A stretch of DNA of 64,000 nt, taken from assembly GCA_963828345.1 (NCBI GenBank), contig CAWHEZ010000011.1:3615-67614 (forward strand), given 5' to 3'. The notes under the pieces were generated by a model. That model was not told the DNA's origin and ran no database searches. It saw only the letters and a program-made list of their open reading frames with translations. Of this stretch, positions 21,186 through 33,507 are shown piece by piece. Within the stretch, counting starts at the first letter, position 1. Each line of letters begins with the position of its first letter. The DNA is from an uncultured delta proteobacterium (GTDB lineage: Bacteria; Desulfobacterota; Desulfobacteria; Desulfobacterales; SpSt-501). The position numbers were made by a program, and so were the translations under genes.

Positions 21186-22106
21186 ATGCCATACCGCCAC
21201 GTCCCCGTCATGCGCGCGGAGGTGCTGGAGTTCCTCAACTGCCGGCCCGGAAAGACATACGTGGACGGCACCGTCGGCGGTGCGGGACATGCCCGGGCCA
21301 TCCTCGAGCGCACCGCCCCCGACGGCGTCCTGATCGGCCTCGACCAGGACGCCGACGCGATCGCCCACGCCAAGACCACCCTCGGGCCATTTGCGAACCG
21401 CGTGCGCCTGGTGCACGCCAATTTCGCGCAGCTGCCCGAGGTCCTCTCCGAACTGAACGTCCCCGGCGCGGACGGCATCCTGCTCGACCTGGGCGTATCG
21501 CTGCACCACTTCGAGGGCAGCGGCCGCGGGTTCAGCTTCCAGCAGGACGAGCCCCTGGACATGCGCATGGACGTGCGCACGGAGCAGACGGCGGCCGACA
21601 TCGTCGCGGGGTCGAGCGAAGACGAGCTGCGCACCCTGTTTCGCGAGTACGGCGAGGAGCGCTTCGCCGGGCGCATCGCCCGGCGTATAGCCGCCGCCCG
21701 GCGCACAGCGCCGATCCGGACCAGCGCGGCCCTGGCGCGCATCGTCGCCGGGGCGGTGCCCGGCCGGTCCCGCGGCCGCATTCACCCGGCCACCCGCGTC
21801 TTCATGGCGCTGCGGATCGCGGTCAACCGCGAGCTGGAGCGGCTGGAAGAGGTCATGGGCCGTCTGCCGGAGCTCCTCCTCCCCGGCGGACGCGTCTGCG
21901 TCCTGACCTTCCACTCGCTGGAGGACCGCATCGTCAAGCAGCGGCTGAAGGCGCTCGAAGTCCCCCGCCGCGAGGCCGCCGCGCCGGCGGACGGGGGCCG
22001 TTGCCTGAGAATCCTGACCCGCAAGGTGGTGCGGCCGAGCGCGGAGGAGACCGCCGCCAACCCGATGGCGCGCAGCACGAAGCTGCGCGCGGCCGAGCGG
22101 ATCTGA
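21186..22106 (+). CDS. rsmH: 16S rRNA m4C1402 methyltransferase
   Basis: HVPVM, DGTVGGAGHA, DLGVS, PLDMRMD, HPATRVFMALRIAVN, FHSLEDR. Confidence 0.97.
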   Translation: MPYRHVPVMRAEVLEFLNCRPGKTYVDGTVGGAGHARAILERTAPDGVLIGLDQDADAIAHAKTTLGPFANRVRLVHANFAQLPEVLSELNVPGADGILLDLGVSLHHFEGSGRGFSFQQDEPLDMRMDVRTEQTAADIVAGSSEDELRTLFREYGEERFAGRIARRIAAARRTAPIRTSAALARIVAGAVPGRSRGRIHPATRVFMALRIAVNRELERLEEVMGRLPELLLPGGRVCVLTFHSLEDRIVKQRLKALEVPRREAAAPADGGRCLRILTRKVVRPSAEETAANPMARSTKLRAAERI

Positions 22107-22122
22107 ACTCAAGAGAGGCTGG

Positions 22123-22422
22123 ATGGCCCAGAGCCCGCCCAAACCCGGTCGACGCAACCGCAGGCTGACCGCGCTGTGGCTCTCGCTGCTGTGCCTCTTC
22201 ATCGCCGAGTTGCTGGTCTACACCTGGGCGCGCGTGCAGTGCACCCGCACCGGGTACGAGATCTCGTCCCTGACCAAGGAGCAGCAGCGGCTGAACGAGC
22301 TGCAGACCAACCTCAAGGTGGAGCTCGCCCGCTTGAAGGCCCCGCAACGGATCACGAAAATCGCGCAGGAGAAGCTCGGGTTGACCCTGCCGACCCCGCG
22401 CCAGGTGATGGTGATGCCGTGA
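22123..22422 (+). CDS. ftsL: Cell division protein FtsL
   Basis: Single TM helix plus coiled coil; lies between rsmH and ftsI. Confidence 0.85.
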   Translation: MAQSPPKPGRRNRRLTALWLSLLCLFIAELLVYTWARVQCTRTGYEISSLTKEQQRLNELQTNLKVELARLKAPQRITKIAQEKLGLTLPTPRQVMVMP

Positions 22423-24155
22423 CGCCGACGCGCGCCAAATCCATCCGCTTCCGCATCCTGATGGTCGGGCTGGTGTTCGTGTCGGGGTTCGGCGTCATCG
22501 GCGGCAAGGCGCTGCTGCTGCAGATCTACCAGGGCAGCTGGCTGTCCCAGAAGGCGTCGGACCAGGTGGAGGACTCGCTGCACGCGGTCGGGAAACGCGG
22601 CATGATCTTCGACCGGCGGGGGCGCGAAATGGCCGTCAGCATCGACGCCACCTCGATCGCCGTCCGGCCGACCCAGGTCCGGGACCCCGAGGCCGTCGCC
22701 CGCGAGCTGTCCGGGATCTTCAAAATGCCGGCGGCGGAGCTCAAAAAGAAGCTCGCGGCCGAAAAGCCCTTCGTGTGGCTGAAGCGCCAGGCGACCCCGA
22801 AGGAGGTCGAGGCCGTGCGCCAGCTGCGCCTGCCCGGCGTGGAGTTCGTGGCGGAGTCCAAGCGGTTCTATCCGAACCGGACACTGGGAGCGCACGTGCT
22901 GGGGTTCACCGGCATGGACGGCAAGGGCATGGAAGGGATCGAGTTCTTCCACGACGGCTACCTGCGCGGCACGGGCACGAGCGTCCGGATCCTGAAGGAC
23001 GCCTATGGGAACGGGTTCCAGTCGGAACCCCCGCCCGACGAGGAGGGGGCCGGCAAGAACCTGGTGCTGACCATCGACCAGACCGTGCAGTTCGTGGCCG
23101 AAACCGCCATCGGCGAGGCGGTCGAGTCGACGCGGGCGCGCTCGGGCATGGCGCTCGTGATGGAGCCCGCCACCGGCGCCATCCTCGCCCTGGCGCTGGC
23201 GCCCACGTTCAACCCCAACGCCCGCGAGGATCAGAAAAAGGCCCTCTGGCGCAACCGGGCGGTCACCGACCCGTTCGAGCCCGGCTCGACCCTGAAGATC
23301 TTCGTCGCCGCCGCCGCGCTCGAGCACACGCAGCTGTCGCCGAAAACGACCTTCAACTGCGAGAACGGCGCCTACAAGATCGGCAAGTACACGGTGCACG
23401 ACGTCCACCGCTACGGGGTCCTGTCGCTGCAGGACATCATCCGGTTCTCGAGCAACATCGGGGCGGCGAAAATCGGCGAGAAGGTGGGGCCGGAGCGGCT
23501 CCACCAGACACTGCGCCTGTTCGGCTTCGGGCAGCGCACGGGCATCGACAGCCCGGCCGAAACCGCGGGGCTGCTGATGCCGCCCAAGCGCTGGGCCGAC
23601 ATCGACACGGCCGCCATCTCCTTCGGCCACGGCATTGCGGTCTCGGCCGTCCAGCTGGTCGCGGCGGTTTCCGCGATCGCCAACGACGGGGTCCTGATGC
23701 GACCGCGCCTCGTGCAGGCCGTGACCGACCGGCAGGGGCAGATCGTGCAGCAGTTCCCGCCCGAGGAGGTCCACCGGGCGGTCTCGGTGCAGACCGCGCG
23801 CACGGTGCGCGACATCATGCAGACCGTGATGCTCCCCGGCGGGACGGGGGTCAGCGCGTCGCTCGAAGGCTACACCGCCTGCGGCAAGACCGGAACGGCG
23901 CGCAAGGTCGACGAATCCGGCCAGTACACCAACGACCGCCACGTCGCCTCGTTCGTCGGCTTCGCGCCGTATGAAAAGCCCCAGATCGCGGTGCTGATCG
24001 TGATCGACGAGCCCAAGGGGCAGATCTACGGCGGCGCCGTGGCGGCCCCGGTCTTCCGCAAGATCGCCCAGGCCACCCTGAACTACCTGAACGTGCCGCC
24101 GCGCACCGGCACCGAGAAGCTGCGGGTGTCCATGGACGGGGGGGGGCGCGGATGA
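22419..24155 (+). CDS. ftsI: Septal transpeptidase PBP3/FtsI
   Basis: RGMIFDR, EPGSTLK (SxxK), SSN, KTGT; GTG start overlaps the ftsL stop. Confidence 0.95.
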   Translation: MTPTRAKSIRFRILMVGLVFVSGFGVIGGKALLLQIYQGSWLSQKASDQVEDSLHAVGKRGMIFDRRGREMAVSIDATSIAVRPTQVRDPEAVARELSGIFKMPAAELKKKLAAEKPFVWLKRQATPKEVEAVRQLRLPGVEFVAESKRFYPNRTLGAHVLGFTGMDGKGMEGIEFFHDGYLRGTGTSVRILKDAYGNGFQSEPPPDEEGAGKNLVLTIDQTVQFVAETAIGEAVESTRARSGMALVMEPATGAILALALAPTFNPNAREDQKKALWRNRAVTDPFEPGSTLKIFVAAAALEHTQLSPKTTFNCENGAYKIGKYTVHDVHRYGVLSLQDIIRFSSNIGAAKIGEKVGPERLHQTLRLFGFGQRTGIDSPAETAGLLMPPKRWADIDTAAISFGHGIAVSAVQLVAAVSAIANDGVLMRPRLVQAVTDRQGQIVQQFPPEEVHRAVSVQTARTVRDIMQTVMLPGGTGVSASLEGYTACGKTGTARKVDESGQYTNDRHVASFVGFAPYEKPQIAVLIVIDEPKGQIYGGAVAAPVFRKIAQATLNYLNVPPRTGTEKLRVSMDGGGRG

Positions 24156-25696
24156 CGCGGCTGGCCACATTGCTGAGCGCGACGGGGACGACGGCCGTGT
24201 CGGGGGTCGACGGGGATGGACCCGAGGTGCGCTCGCTGCACTACCGCTCGCAGGAGGTGCGCCCCGGCGGGGTGTTCGTGGCCATGCGGGGGGTGAGCGC
24301 CGACGGGCACGACTTCGTCGACGACGCCGTCGACCGCGGGGCGGTCGCCGTCGTCGTCGAGCGGCCGGTTGCGGCGCGCGCGGCGGTCGTGCAGGTGCCC
24401 GACAGCCGCCGAGCGCTGGCCGAGCTGGCGGCCGCGTTCTACGGCCGGCCGTCGGACGACATGACCGTGGTGGCGGTCACCGGCACGAACGGCAAGACCA
24501 CGACCTCCTACCTGATCGAGAGCATCCTCGCACAGGCCGGGCACCGCACCGGGGTGATCGGCACGATCAACTATCGCTTCGCCGGGCAGTCGTTCGCCAA
24601 CCCCGTGACGACACCGGAGAGCCTGGACCTGCAACGCATCCTGGCCGACATGCGGGCGGCGGGCGTACGCCACGCGGTGCTGGAGGCCTCCTCGCACGCG
24701 ATCCACCTGGCGCGCATCCACGCCTGCCGCATGGACGTGGCCGTCTTCACCAACCTGAGCCAGGACCACCTCGACTACCACGGGGACATGCAGACCTACT
24801 GGGCGGTCAAGCAGAGCCTGTTCACCGACCACCTCCGCTCGGGCCCCAAGGCCGGGCACGCGACGGCCGTCGTCAACACCGACAGCGCGCACGGCCGCGA
24901 GCTGGCCGACCGGCTGGGGCCGCAGACGGTGCGGGTCGGCACGACCGCGGACTGCGATCTGCGCGGCGAGGACATCGCCTGTGCGCTCGACGGGACCCGG
25001 GGGGTCATCCGCCGGGGGGACGACCGCATCGCGTTCACCTCCCCGCTGGTCGGCCGCCACAACGTCGAGAACATCCTGTGTGCGGCCGGCGCCGCCGCGG
25101 CCCTCGGGATCGCCCCCGAAACGGTGGGCCGGGGGATCGCGGCGCTCGCCTGCGTTCCGGGCCGGCTCGAACGGGTCGATACCGCGCGCGGGATCGGGGT
25201 CTACGTCGACTACTCCCACACCCCGGACGCGCTCGAAAACGCGCTGCGGGCGCTGCGGGCGCTCACGGCCGGGCGCCTGATCTGCGTCTTCGGCTGCGGC
25301 GGGGACCGCGACCGGACCAAGCGTCCGGTCATGGGCGCGATCGCCGCGCGCCTGAGCGATCTGGCGATCGTCACCTCGGACAACCCCCGCTCCGAGGCGC
25401 CCGAGGCGATCATCGCCGACATCCTGCCCGGCCTGCGGCGGGAGGGGGCGCACGCCCTCGACCCGGCCGCGGCGGGCGGCCTGAACGGGCGAGGGTTCGT
25501 GGCCGAGCCCGACCGCCGCACGGCCATCGCGCTCGGCCTGCGCGCGGCCCGGCGGGGCGACGCCGTGCTGATCGCCGGCAAGGGCCACGAGACCTACCAG
25601 ATCATCGGCGGGCAGACGATCCACTTCGACGACCGCGAGGAAGCGGCCCGGGTGCTGGCGGAACCGGCGACGGACACCGCGGGAAGAACGGCTTAG
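24152..25696 (+). CDS. murE: UDP-MurNAc-dipeptide:meso-DAP ligase
   Basis: TGTNGKTT, DHLDYH, FGCGGDRD, DNPR (DAP-specific), AGKGHE. Confidence 0.97.
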   Translation: MTRLATLLSATGTTAVSGVDGDGPEVRSLHYRSQEVRPGGVFVAMRGVSADGHDFVDDAVDRGAVAVVVERPVAARAAVVQVPDSRRALAELAAAFYGRPSDDMTVVAVTGTNGKTTTSYLIESILAQAGHRTGVIGTINYRFAGQSFANPVTTPESLDLQRILADMRAAGVRHAVLEASSHAIHLARIHACRMDVAVFTNLSQDHLDYHGDMQTYWAVKQSLFTDHLRSGPKAGHATAVVNTDSAHGRELADRLGPQTVRVGTTADCDLRGEDIACALDGTRGVIRRGDDRIAFTSPLVGRHNVENILCAAGAAAALGIAPETVGRGIAALACVPGRLERVDTARGIGVYVDYSHTPDALENALRALRALTAGRLICVFGCGGDRDRTKRPVMGAIAARLSDLAIVTSDNPRSEAPEAIIADILPGLRREGAHALDPAAAGGLNGRGFVAEPDRRTAIALGLRAARRGDAVLIAGKGHETYQIIGGQTIHFDDREEAARVLAEPATDTAGRTA

Positions 25697-25710
25697 GGAA
25701 ACGGCACGGC

Positions 25711-27123
25711 ATGCAGGGGACCATCCACGACATCCTCGAGGCGACCGGCGGACGGCTGGTGCAGGGTCGGGCCGACACCGGCTTTGCCGGCCTCTCGATC
25801 GACTCGCGCACGATCGCGCCGGGCGAGGCCTTCGTCGCCATCCACGGCGAGGTGCACGACGGGCACGCCTTCCTGCCGCAGGTGCTCGCCGGCTCGCAGG
25901 CAAGCGGGGTCGTGGTGGCCGCCGACCGGCTGGACGCGCTGGCCGGACCGCTCGGCGCCCACCCGGGCACGGCCTGCGTCGCGGTGGGGGACACGACCCG
26001 CGCGCTCGGGGACATTGCCGCGCGCCATCGGCGCCGCATGGCCGCATCGGTCGTGGCGATCACCGGCTCCAACGGCAAGACCAGCACGCGCCGCATGACG
26101 GCCGCCGTCCTGGCGCGCCGCTTCGAGATCCTGGAGCCCGCGCGCAACCTCAACAACCAGATCGGCGTCCCGCTGACCCTCTTCCGCCTCGAGGAGCGCC
26201 ACCAGTGGGCCGTCCTCGAGCTCGGCACCAGCCTGCCCGGCGAGATCGCGCGCCTGGCCGAAATCTGCCGGCCGGACATCGCGGTCGTCACCAACGTCGG
26301 CCCGGCCCACCTGGAGCGGCTGGGCTCGCTCGAGGGGGTGGCGGCCGAGAAGGGCGCACTCGTGGCGGGGCTCGCCCCGGGCGGCCGCGCCGTCCTGAAC
26401 GCGGACGACCCGCGCGTGGCCGCCATGGCCGCGGGGCTCGGCGAAAACGCCCTGCGGTTCGGCCTGGCGGAAACGGCCCGGGTGCGCGCGGCCGCGGTCA
26501 CGGAGACCGCGGCCGGGGTCGCGTTCGATCTCCTCGTCGGCGGCGCGGGCCCGCGGGTCCGCCTGAACGCGCACGGGCGCGTCATGGTGCACAACGCGCT
26601 GGCAGCCGCCGCGGTCGGGACCCTGCTCGGCCTGTCGCCCGAGGACATCCGGGCCGGCCTCGAGAGCTTCCGGCCGGTGCCCGGCCGCATGGGCGTGACG
26701 GCGCTGCCGGGCGATGTCCACCTGATCGACGACACCTACAACGCCAACCCGGCCTCGATGCGCGCGGCCCTCGAAACCCTGACCGCGCTGCGGGGCTCCG
26801 GCCGGGCGCTCCTCGTCACGGGCGACATGCGCGAGCTCGGCCCCGAGGCCGCCCGGCTGCACCGGGAGCTCGGCCGGCTCGCGGCCGAGGCCGGGGTCGA
26901 CCGGCTCTTCGTCTGCGGCGAGCGCGCCGCCGACGTGGCCGCGGGCGCGCTCGCGGCCGGGATGCCGGCCGCCGCGGTCGCGACCGGCTCGCGCGACGAG
27001 ATCCGGGGTGCCCTGCTCGACGCGCTGCGGCCCGGCGACTGGGTGCTCGTCAAGGGGTCGCGGGCCATGGGCATGGAAACGATCGTCCGGGCGCTCGGCG
27101 CCCCGACGCCGGGGCGGGGGTGA
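25711..27123 (+). CDS. murF: UDP-MurNAc-tripeptide:D-Ala-D-Ala ligase
   Basis: SIDSR, ITGSNGKT, NNQIGVP, DTYNANP, KGSR. Confidence 0.96.
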   Translation: MQGTIHDILEATGGRLVQGRADTGFAGLSIDSRTIAPGEAFVAIHGEVHDGHAFLPQVLAGSQASGVVVAADRLDALAGPLGAHPGTACVAVGDTTRALGDIAARHRRRMAASVVAITGSNGKTSTRRMTAAVLARRFEILEPARNLNNQIGVPLTLFRLEERHQWAVLELGTSLPGEIARLAEICRPDIAVVTNVGPAHLERLGSLEGVAAEKGALVAGLAPGGRAVLNADDPRVAAMAAGLGENALRFGLAETARVRAAAVTETAAGVAFDLLVGGAGPRVRLNAHGRVMVHNALAAAAVGTLLGLSPEDIRAGLESFRPVPGRMGVTALPGDVHLIDDTYNANPASMRAALETLTALRGSGRALLVTGDMRELGPEAARLHRELGRLAAEAGVDRLFVCGERAADVAAGALAAGMPAAAVATGSRDEIRGALLDALRPGDWVLVKGSRAMGMETIVRALGAPTPGRG

Positions 27124-27126
27124 CCG

Positions 27127-28206
27127 ATGCTCTACCATCTCCTCTACCCGCTGCACACGCTCTTCTCGGTCTTCAACGTGTTCCGCTACATCACGTTCCG
27201 GACGATCTACGCCAGCCTGACGGCCTTCTTCATCTGCTACTTCCTGGGGCCGTGGGTGATCGAGAAGCTCGCCCGGATGCAGGTCGGCCAGTACATCCGC
27301 GAGGACGGCCCGAAAAGCCACCTCGGCAAGGCCGGCACCCCGACCATGGGCGGCATCCTGATCGTCGGGTCGATCACCGGCTCCACCCTGCTCTGGAGCG
27401 ACCTGGGCAACCCCTTCGTCTGGATCGCCCTGATGGTGCTGATCGGCTTCGGTGCGATCGGTTTCGTGGACGACTACCTGATGCAGGTCAAGAAGCAGAG
27501 CAAGGGCCTGAGCGTGCGCGGCAAACTCGTTCTGCAGGTCATCCTGGGCCTTGCGGCCGGCGCGCTGGTCTACGCCACTCCCAACTTCTCGACCGAGATC
27601 ACCCTGCCGTTCTTCAAGACCGTGACCCCGGAGATCGGCTGGGGGTACATCCTCTTCGCGACCCTGGTCATCGTGGGCGCCTCGAACGCGGTCAACCTGA
27701 CCGACGGCCTGGACGGGCTCGCGATCGGGCCGATGACCATCGCGGCGACGACCTACATGATCTTCGCCTACGTCGCCGGCAACGTGAAAATCGCCAGTTA
27801 CCTCCAGATCACCTACGTCCCGGGCTGCGGCGAGATCGCGGTCCTGTGCGGGGCCATTGCAGGCACCGGGCTGGGGTTCCTGTGGTTCAACGCCTACCCG
27901 GCCGAGGTGTTCATGGGCGACACCGGGTCGCTCTCGCTCGGGGCCGTGCTGGGCGCCATCGCGGTGATCACCAAGCAGGAGATCCTGCTGGTGCTGGTGG
28001 GCGGTCTCTTCGTCATCGAGGCCTTGTCGGTCATTTTCCAGGTCGGCTTCTTCAAGATGACGCGCGGGCGCCGGATCTTCCGCATGGCGCCCCTGCATCA
28101 CCACTTCGAGCTGAAGGGCTGGCCCGAACCCAAGGTGATCGTCCGCTTCTGGATCATCGCCATCGCTCTGGCGCTGCTGGCCATGAGCACGTTGAAACTG
28201 CGGTGA
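27127..28206 (+). CDS. mraY: Phospho-MurNAc-pentapeptide transferase
   Basis: [35 protein letters not shown]. Confidence 0.98.
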   Translation: MLYHLLYPLHTLFSVFNVFRYITFRTIYASLTAFFICYFLGPWVIEKLARMQVGQYIREDGPKSHLGKAGTPTMGGILIVGSITGSTLLWSDLGNPFVWIALMVLIGFGAIGFVDDYLMQVKKQSKGLSVRGKLVLQVILGLAAGALVYATPNFSTEITLPFFKTVTPEIGWGYILFATLVIVGASNAVNLTDGLDGLAIGPMTIAATTYMIFAYVAGNVKIASYLQITYVPGCGEIAVLCGAIAGTGLGFLWFNAYPAEVFMGDTGSLSLGAVLGAIAVITKQEILLVLVGGLFVIEALSVIFQVGFFKMTRGRRIFRMAPLHHHFELKGWPEPKVIVRFWIIAIALALLAMSTLKLR

Positions 28207-28210
28207 ACGG

Positions 28211-28287
28211 CATGCGTCCCGTCCGCCCCTTCCCGTTCCGGGCGACTGCCCTCCTCCGGTCCCGGGCGGGGCGGGCGGGGTCGCATG
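28211..28287. repeat. GC-rich intergenic inverted repeat (hairpin) after mraY
   Basis: catgcgtcccgtccgcccc ... ggggcgggcggggtcgcatg. Confidence 0.5.
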
Positions 28288-28304
28288 GGCTGGGAAGAAA
28301 GAAC

Positions 28305-28379
28305 GATGCTGGATGGATGCTCGAGAACCGGATAGGAGATCGAACAGGCATCGACCACATCGAGATCGGATCGGGCATC
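28305..28379. repeat. Degenerate heptamer-unit palindrome (GATGCTG/C ... GCATCGA-type units)
   Basis: Left arm gatgctg-gatg-gatgctcga; right arm gcatcga-ccacatcga-gatcgga-tcgggcatc. Confidence 0.35.
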
Positions 28380-28386
28380 AGGAGAT

Positions 28387-29772
28387 ATGAACCTCGCTGA
28401 TCGCACCATCCTGGTCGTGGGTCTCGCCCGCAGCGGCATCGCCGCGGCGCGCTTCCTCGCCCGTCGCGGGGCGAAGGTCCGCGCGACCGACCTGGCCCCG
28501 GCCGACCGCATCGGCCCGGCCGCGGCCGAGCTGCGCGCGCTCGGGGTCGAGCTGGAGCTGGGCGGCCACCGGCCCGAATCCTTCACCCGGGCGGAGCTGA
28601 TCGTGATCAGCCCGGGGGTGCCGCACCGCATGCCGCTGCTCGAGGCGGCGCGGGCGCACGGGGTGCCCGTGATCGGGGAGCTCGAGCTCGCCGCGCGCTT
28701 CATCGCCGAACCGATCGTGGGCGTGACCGGCACCAACGGCAAGACGACCGTGACCGAGCTGATCGGCGCCATGCTCGCCGCCTCGGGCCGCCGGGTCTTC
28801 GTGGGGGGCAACATCGGCACCCCCCTGATCGGGTACGTGGACGGCGCGGCGCCGGCGGAGGTGGTCGTGGCCGAGGTCAGCAGCTTCCAGCTCGACACGA
28901 TCGAGACGTTCCGGCCGCAGGTCGGGGTCCTGCTGAACATCACCGCCGACCACCTCGACCGCTATCCCGACTTCGACGCCTACGCCCGCTCGAAGCTGCG
29001 GCTGTTCGCCAACCAGCAGCCCGGGGACACGGCCGTCCTGAACGGCTCCGACCCGGCCGTCCGCGCCCGCGCCGGCGCCATCGCCGCCGGGATCCTGTAT
29101 TTCAACGCCCCCCGGGGCGACGGCGCCGCCCGGCTCGAGGGACGGGTGTTGCGGCTGCGTCTGCCCAACCGCGCCGAGTCCCGGCTCGACCTCGGCCGCT
29201 TCGGGCTGCGCGGTCCGCACAACCTGGAAAACGCGGCCGCGGCCGCCCTGGCGGCCCTCTCCGCCGGGGCCAGCCCGGACGGGGTCCAGGCCGCTCTGGA
29301 CGGCTTCGCGGCCGCCCCCCACCGCATGGAGACGGTCGCGACCGTCGGGGGCGTCGAGTACGTGAACGACTCCAAGGCCACCAACGTCGACGCCGTGCGC
29401 CGTGGGCTGGAAAGCTTCGCGCAGCCGGTGGTCCTCATCATGGGCGGGGTGGACAAGGGCGGCGACTTCCGCCTGCTCCGGGACGCGGCCCGCGCCCGCG
29501 GCAAGGCCCTGGTGCTGGTGGGCGGCGCCCGGGAGGCGATCCGCGCCGCGCTGGGAGGGATCCTGGCCGTGCACGAAGCGGCCGACATGGCGGAGGCCGT
29601 CAGGCGGGCCGCTGACCTCGCCGCCCCCGGCGACGTGGTGCTGCTCGCACCCGGGTGCGCCAGCTTCGATCGCTACGCGAACTACCAGGAACGCGGCGAG
29701 GACTTCCGCCGGGCGGTCGTCCGCCGGGCGGAGGCCGACGCCGCGACGACCGCCAAGGAGCCGACCCGGTGA
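28387..29772 (+). CDS. murD: UDP-MurNAc-L-Ala:D-Glu ligase
   Basis: GLARSG, ISPGVP, TGTNGKTT, EVSSFQL, DHLDRY, NDSKATN. Confidence 0.97.
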   Translation: MNLADRTILVVGLARSGIAAARFLARRGAKVRATDLAPADRIGPAAAELRALGVELELGGHRPESFTRAELIVISPGVPHRMPLLEAARAHGVPVIGELELAARFIAEPIVGVTGTNGKTTVTELIGAMLAASGRRVFVGGNIGTPLIGYVDGAAPAEVVVAEVSSFQLDTIETFRPQVGVLLNITADHLDRYPDFDAYARSKLRLFANQQPGDTAVLNGSDPAVRARAGAIAAGILYFNAPRGDGAARLEGRVLRLRLPNRAESRLDLGRFGLRGPHNLENAAAAALAALSAGASPDGVQAALDGFAAAPHRMETVATVGGVEYVNDSKATNVDAVRRGLESFAQPVVLIMGGVDKGGDFRLLRDAARARGKALVLVGGAREAIRAALGGILAVHEAADMAEAVRRAADLAAPGDVVLLAPGCASFDRYANYQERGEDFRRAVVRRAEADAATTAKEPTR

Positions 29773-30908
29773 TCACGACTCGAACCGCCGGAGCCCGTTC
29801 CGTCGCCACCGCCCAGGACGCGCAGCTCCTGTTCCCGGTCCTCTTTCTGGTCGGCATCGGGATCGTCATGGTCTACAGCGCGAGCTCGGCGATCGCCATG
29901 AAAAAGTTCGGTTCGGATTACTACTTCCTTAAAAAACAGGCGGTGTTCGCGGTGATCGGCATCTGCGCCCTGGTCGCCTGCCGGCACATCCCCTACACGG
30001 TCTACCGGCCGCTCGCCTACCCGCTGCTGGCGCTCTCCATCCTGCTGCTGGCCGCGGTGCTGTTCTCGCCCTTCGGGGTGACGGCCGGCGGGTCGAGCCG
30101 GTGGCTGCGCCTGGGCCCGATCCGGTTTCAGCCCTCTGAGTTCGCCCGCCTGGCGCTGATCGTCTACCTGGCCTACTCCATGGAGCGCAAGGCGGACCGG
30201 ATCGGCGAGTTCTCGATCGGTTTCCTGCCGCACGTGGTCGTGCTCGGCGTCCTGTCGGCCCTGGTCCTGAAGCAGCCCGACTTCGGGTCGGCCGCGATCC
30301 TGGCCTTCCTGACCTGGCTGATGATGTTCGTCGGCGGGGTGAAGCTGACCTACCTCTTGAGCTCGTGCGTGCTCGGAGTGGTGGCCGGCGCCTACGTCAT
30401 CACGCACGCCGGCTACCGGGCCCGGCGCCTCATGAGCTTCCTGGACCCCTGGCAGTACAGCTCGGACGCGGGCTACCAGATCGTGCACTCGCTCATGGCC
30501 TTCGGCAGCGGCGGGTGGTGGGGGGCGGGCATCGGCAATGGGGTGCAGAAGCTCTTCTACCTGCCCGAGCCGCACACCGACTTCATTTTCTCGGTGATCG
30601 GCGAGGAACTCGGGGTGGCGGGGGTGCTGCTGATCATCCTGCTCTACCTGCTGATCGTCTGGAAGGGGATCCGCATCGCACGCCACGCGCCGGACCTCTT
30701 CGGCTGCTTCCTGGCGGTCGGGCTCACGGCCGCGCTGGCGCTGCAGATCTGCATCAACATGGGGGTCACTCTGGGGCTTCTGCCCACCAAGGGGCTGACG
30801 CTCCCGTTCCTGAGCTACGGCGGCACGTCGCTGGTGTTGAACATGGCGACTGTCGGGATCCTGATGAACATCGCGGCCGCGGGCAAGACGGCCAGGGGGC
30901 TGGCATGA
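29769..30908 (+). CDS. ftsW: SEDS peptidoglycan polymerase FtsW
   Basis: MVYSAS, FQPSEF, QPDFG, LPEPHTDFIF, LPFLSYGG. Confidence 0.96.
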   Translation: MITTRTAGARSVATAQDAQLLFPVLFLVGIGIVMVYSASSAIAMKKFGSDYYFLKKQAVFAVIGICALVACRHIPYTVYRPLAYPLLALSILLLAAVLFSPFGVTAGGSSRWLRLGPIRFQPSEFARLALIVYLAYSMERKADRIGEFSIGFLPHVVVLGVLSALVLKQPDFGSAAILAFLTWLMMFVGGVKLTYLLSSCVLGVVAGAYVITHAGYRARRLMSFLDPWQYSSDAGYQIVHSLMAFGSGGWWGAGIGNGVQKLFYLPEPHTDFIFSVIGEELGVAGVLLIILLYLLIVWKGIRIARHAPDLFGCFLAVGLTAALALQICINMGVTLGLLPTKGLTLPFLSYGGTSLVLNMATVGILMNIAAAGKTARGLA

Positions 30909-32099
30909 GCGCGACCGGCACGATTCCCGGCCCGCCGTCGGCCGTTTCGACCCCACCGCCGCTGCGCGTGCTGGTCGCCGGCGGCGGCACGGGCGGTCAC
31001 CTCTTCCCGGGGATCGCCGTGGCGCAGGAGCTCCGGCGGCGCTGCCCGCGACACCGAGGTGCGCTTCGTCAGCCGCGGCAACGAGTTCGAGCGCTCCGCC
31101 CTGGCGCGCGCCGGCTTCCCCCTGACGGCCATTACCGTCGAGGGCTTCAAAGGCCGCGGGCTGTGGAACCAGCTGCGGATGCTGGCGAACCTCCCGCGCG
31201 GATTCGCGCAGTCGGTCGGGGTGCTGCGCGAGTTCCGGCCCGACCTGGTGATCGGGCTCGGCAGCTACGCGGCCGGGCCGGTCGTCCTGGCGGCCTGGAC
31301 GATGCGCATACCGATCGCCCTGTGCGAGCAGAACACGCTGCCCGGCATCACCAACCGGGCCCTCGCGCGCTTCGCGGACCGGATCTTCACCTCCTTCGAG
31401 CGCACGGCCGGCGGGTTCGACCCGCGCAAGGTGGTCTGGACCGGGAACCCCCTGCGCCGGGAGCTCCTGGCGGACGTGCCTCCCGCGGACGGCCGCCGCG
31501 CGGACCGCTTCACCGTGCTCGTGCTCGGCGGCAGCCAGGGGGCCCACCGCCTCAACACCGCCATGGCGGAGGCCCTGGAGCGGATGGAACGGCCGGAACG
31601 GTTCGCCTTCATCCACCAGACCGGTGCCGCGGACGAAGCCGTGGTCGCGGAGGCCTACCGCCGGGCGGGTGCGCGGGCGCGGGTGCAGGCGTTCTTCCAC
31701 GACATGGCCGAGCCCTACCGCGCGGCCGACCTCGTCGTCTGCCGCGCGGGGGCCACGACCGTGGCCGAAATCACCGCGCTCGGCAAGGCCGCCGTCTACG
31801 TGCCCTTCCCGTTCGCGGCCGACGACCACCAGCGCCTGAACGCCGGGCAGATGGTCGCGGCCGGCGCGGCCGAGATGATCGACGAGGCTGCGCTGACCGG
31901 GGAGGTGCTGGCCGAACGCATCCATTATTACGCCGGCCGCCCGGAGGTCCTCCGCCGGATGGCGGAGCGCTCCGCCGCCCTGGGGCGACCCGATGCAGCC
32001 GCGCGCATCGTGGACGAATGCTACCGCCTGGTTGCAGGTTGCGCACGCCGGGCGGCGGACCGGTCACCACACCAACGGGCCGACGGGCCGACGGGCTGA
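30905..32099 (+). CDS. murG: Lipid II GlcNAc transferase MurG (apparent frameshift near 31045)
   Basis: AGGGTGGHLFPG from ATG 30905; next frame EQN..PG, GNP, GGSQGA, RAGATT. Confidence 0.95.
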
Positions 32100-32105
32100 C
32101 GCACC

Positions 32106-33476
<1,371 letters not shown>

Positions 33477-33507
33477 GCGCCGCCATGGCGGCCCGCGGAG
33501 GGCGCCG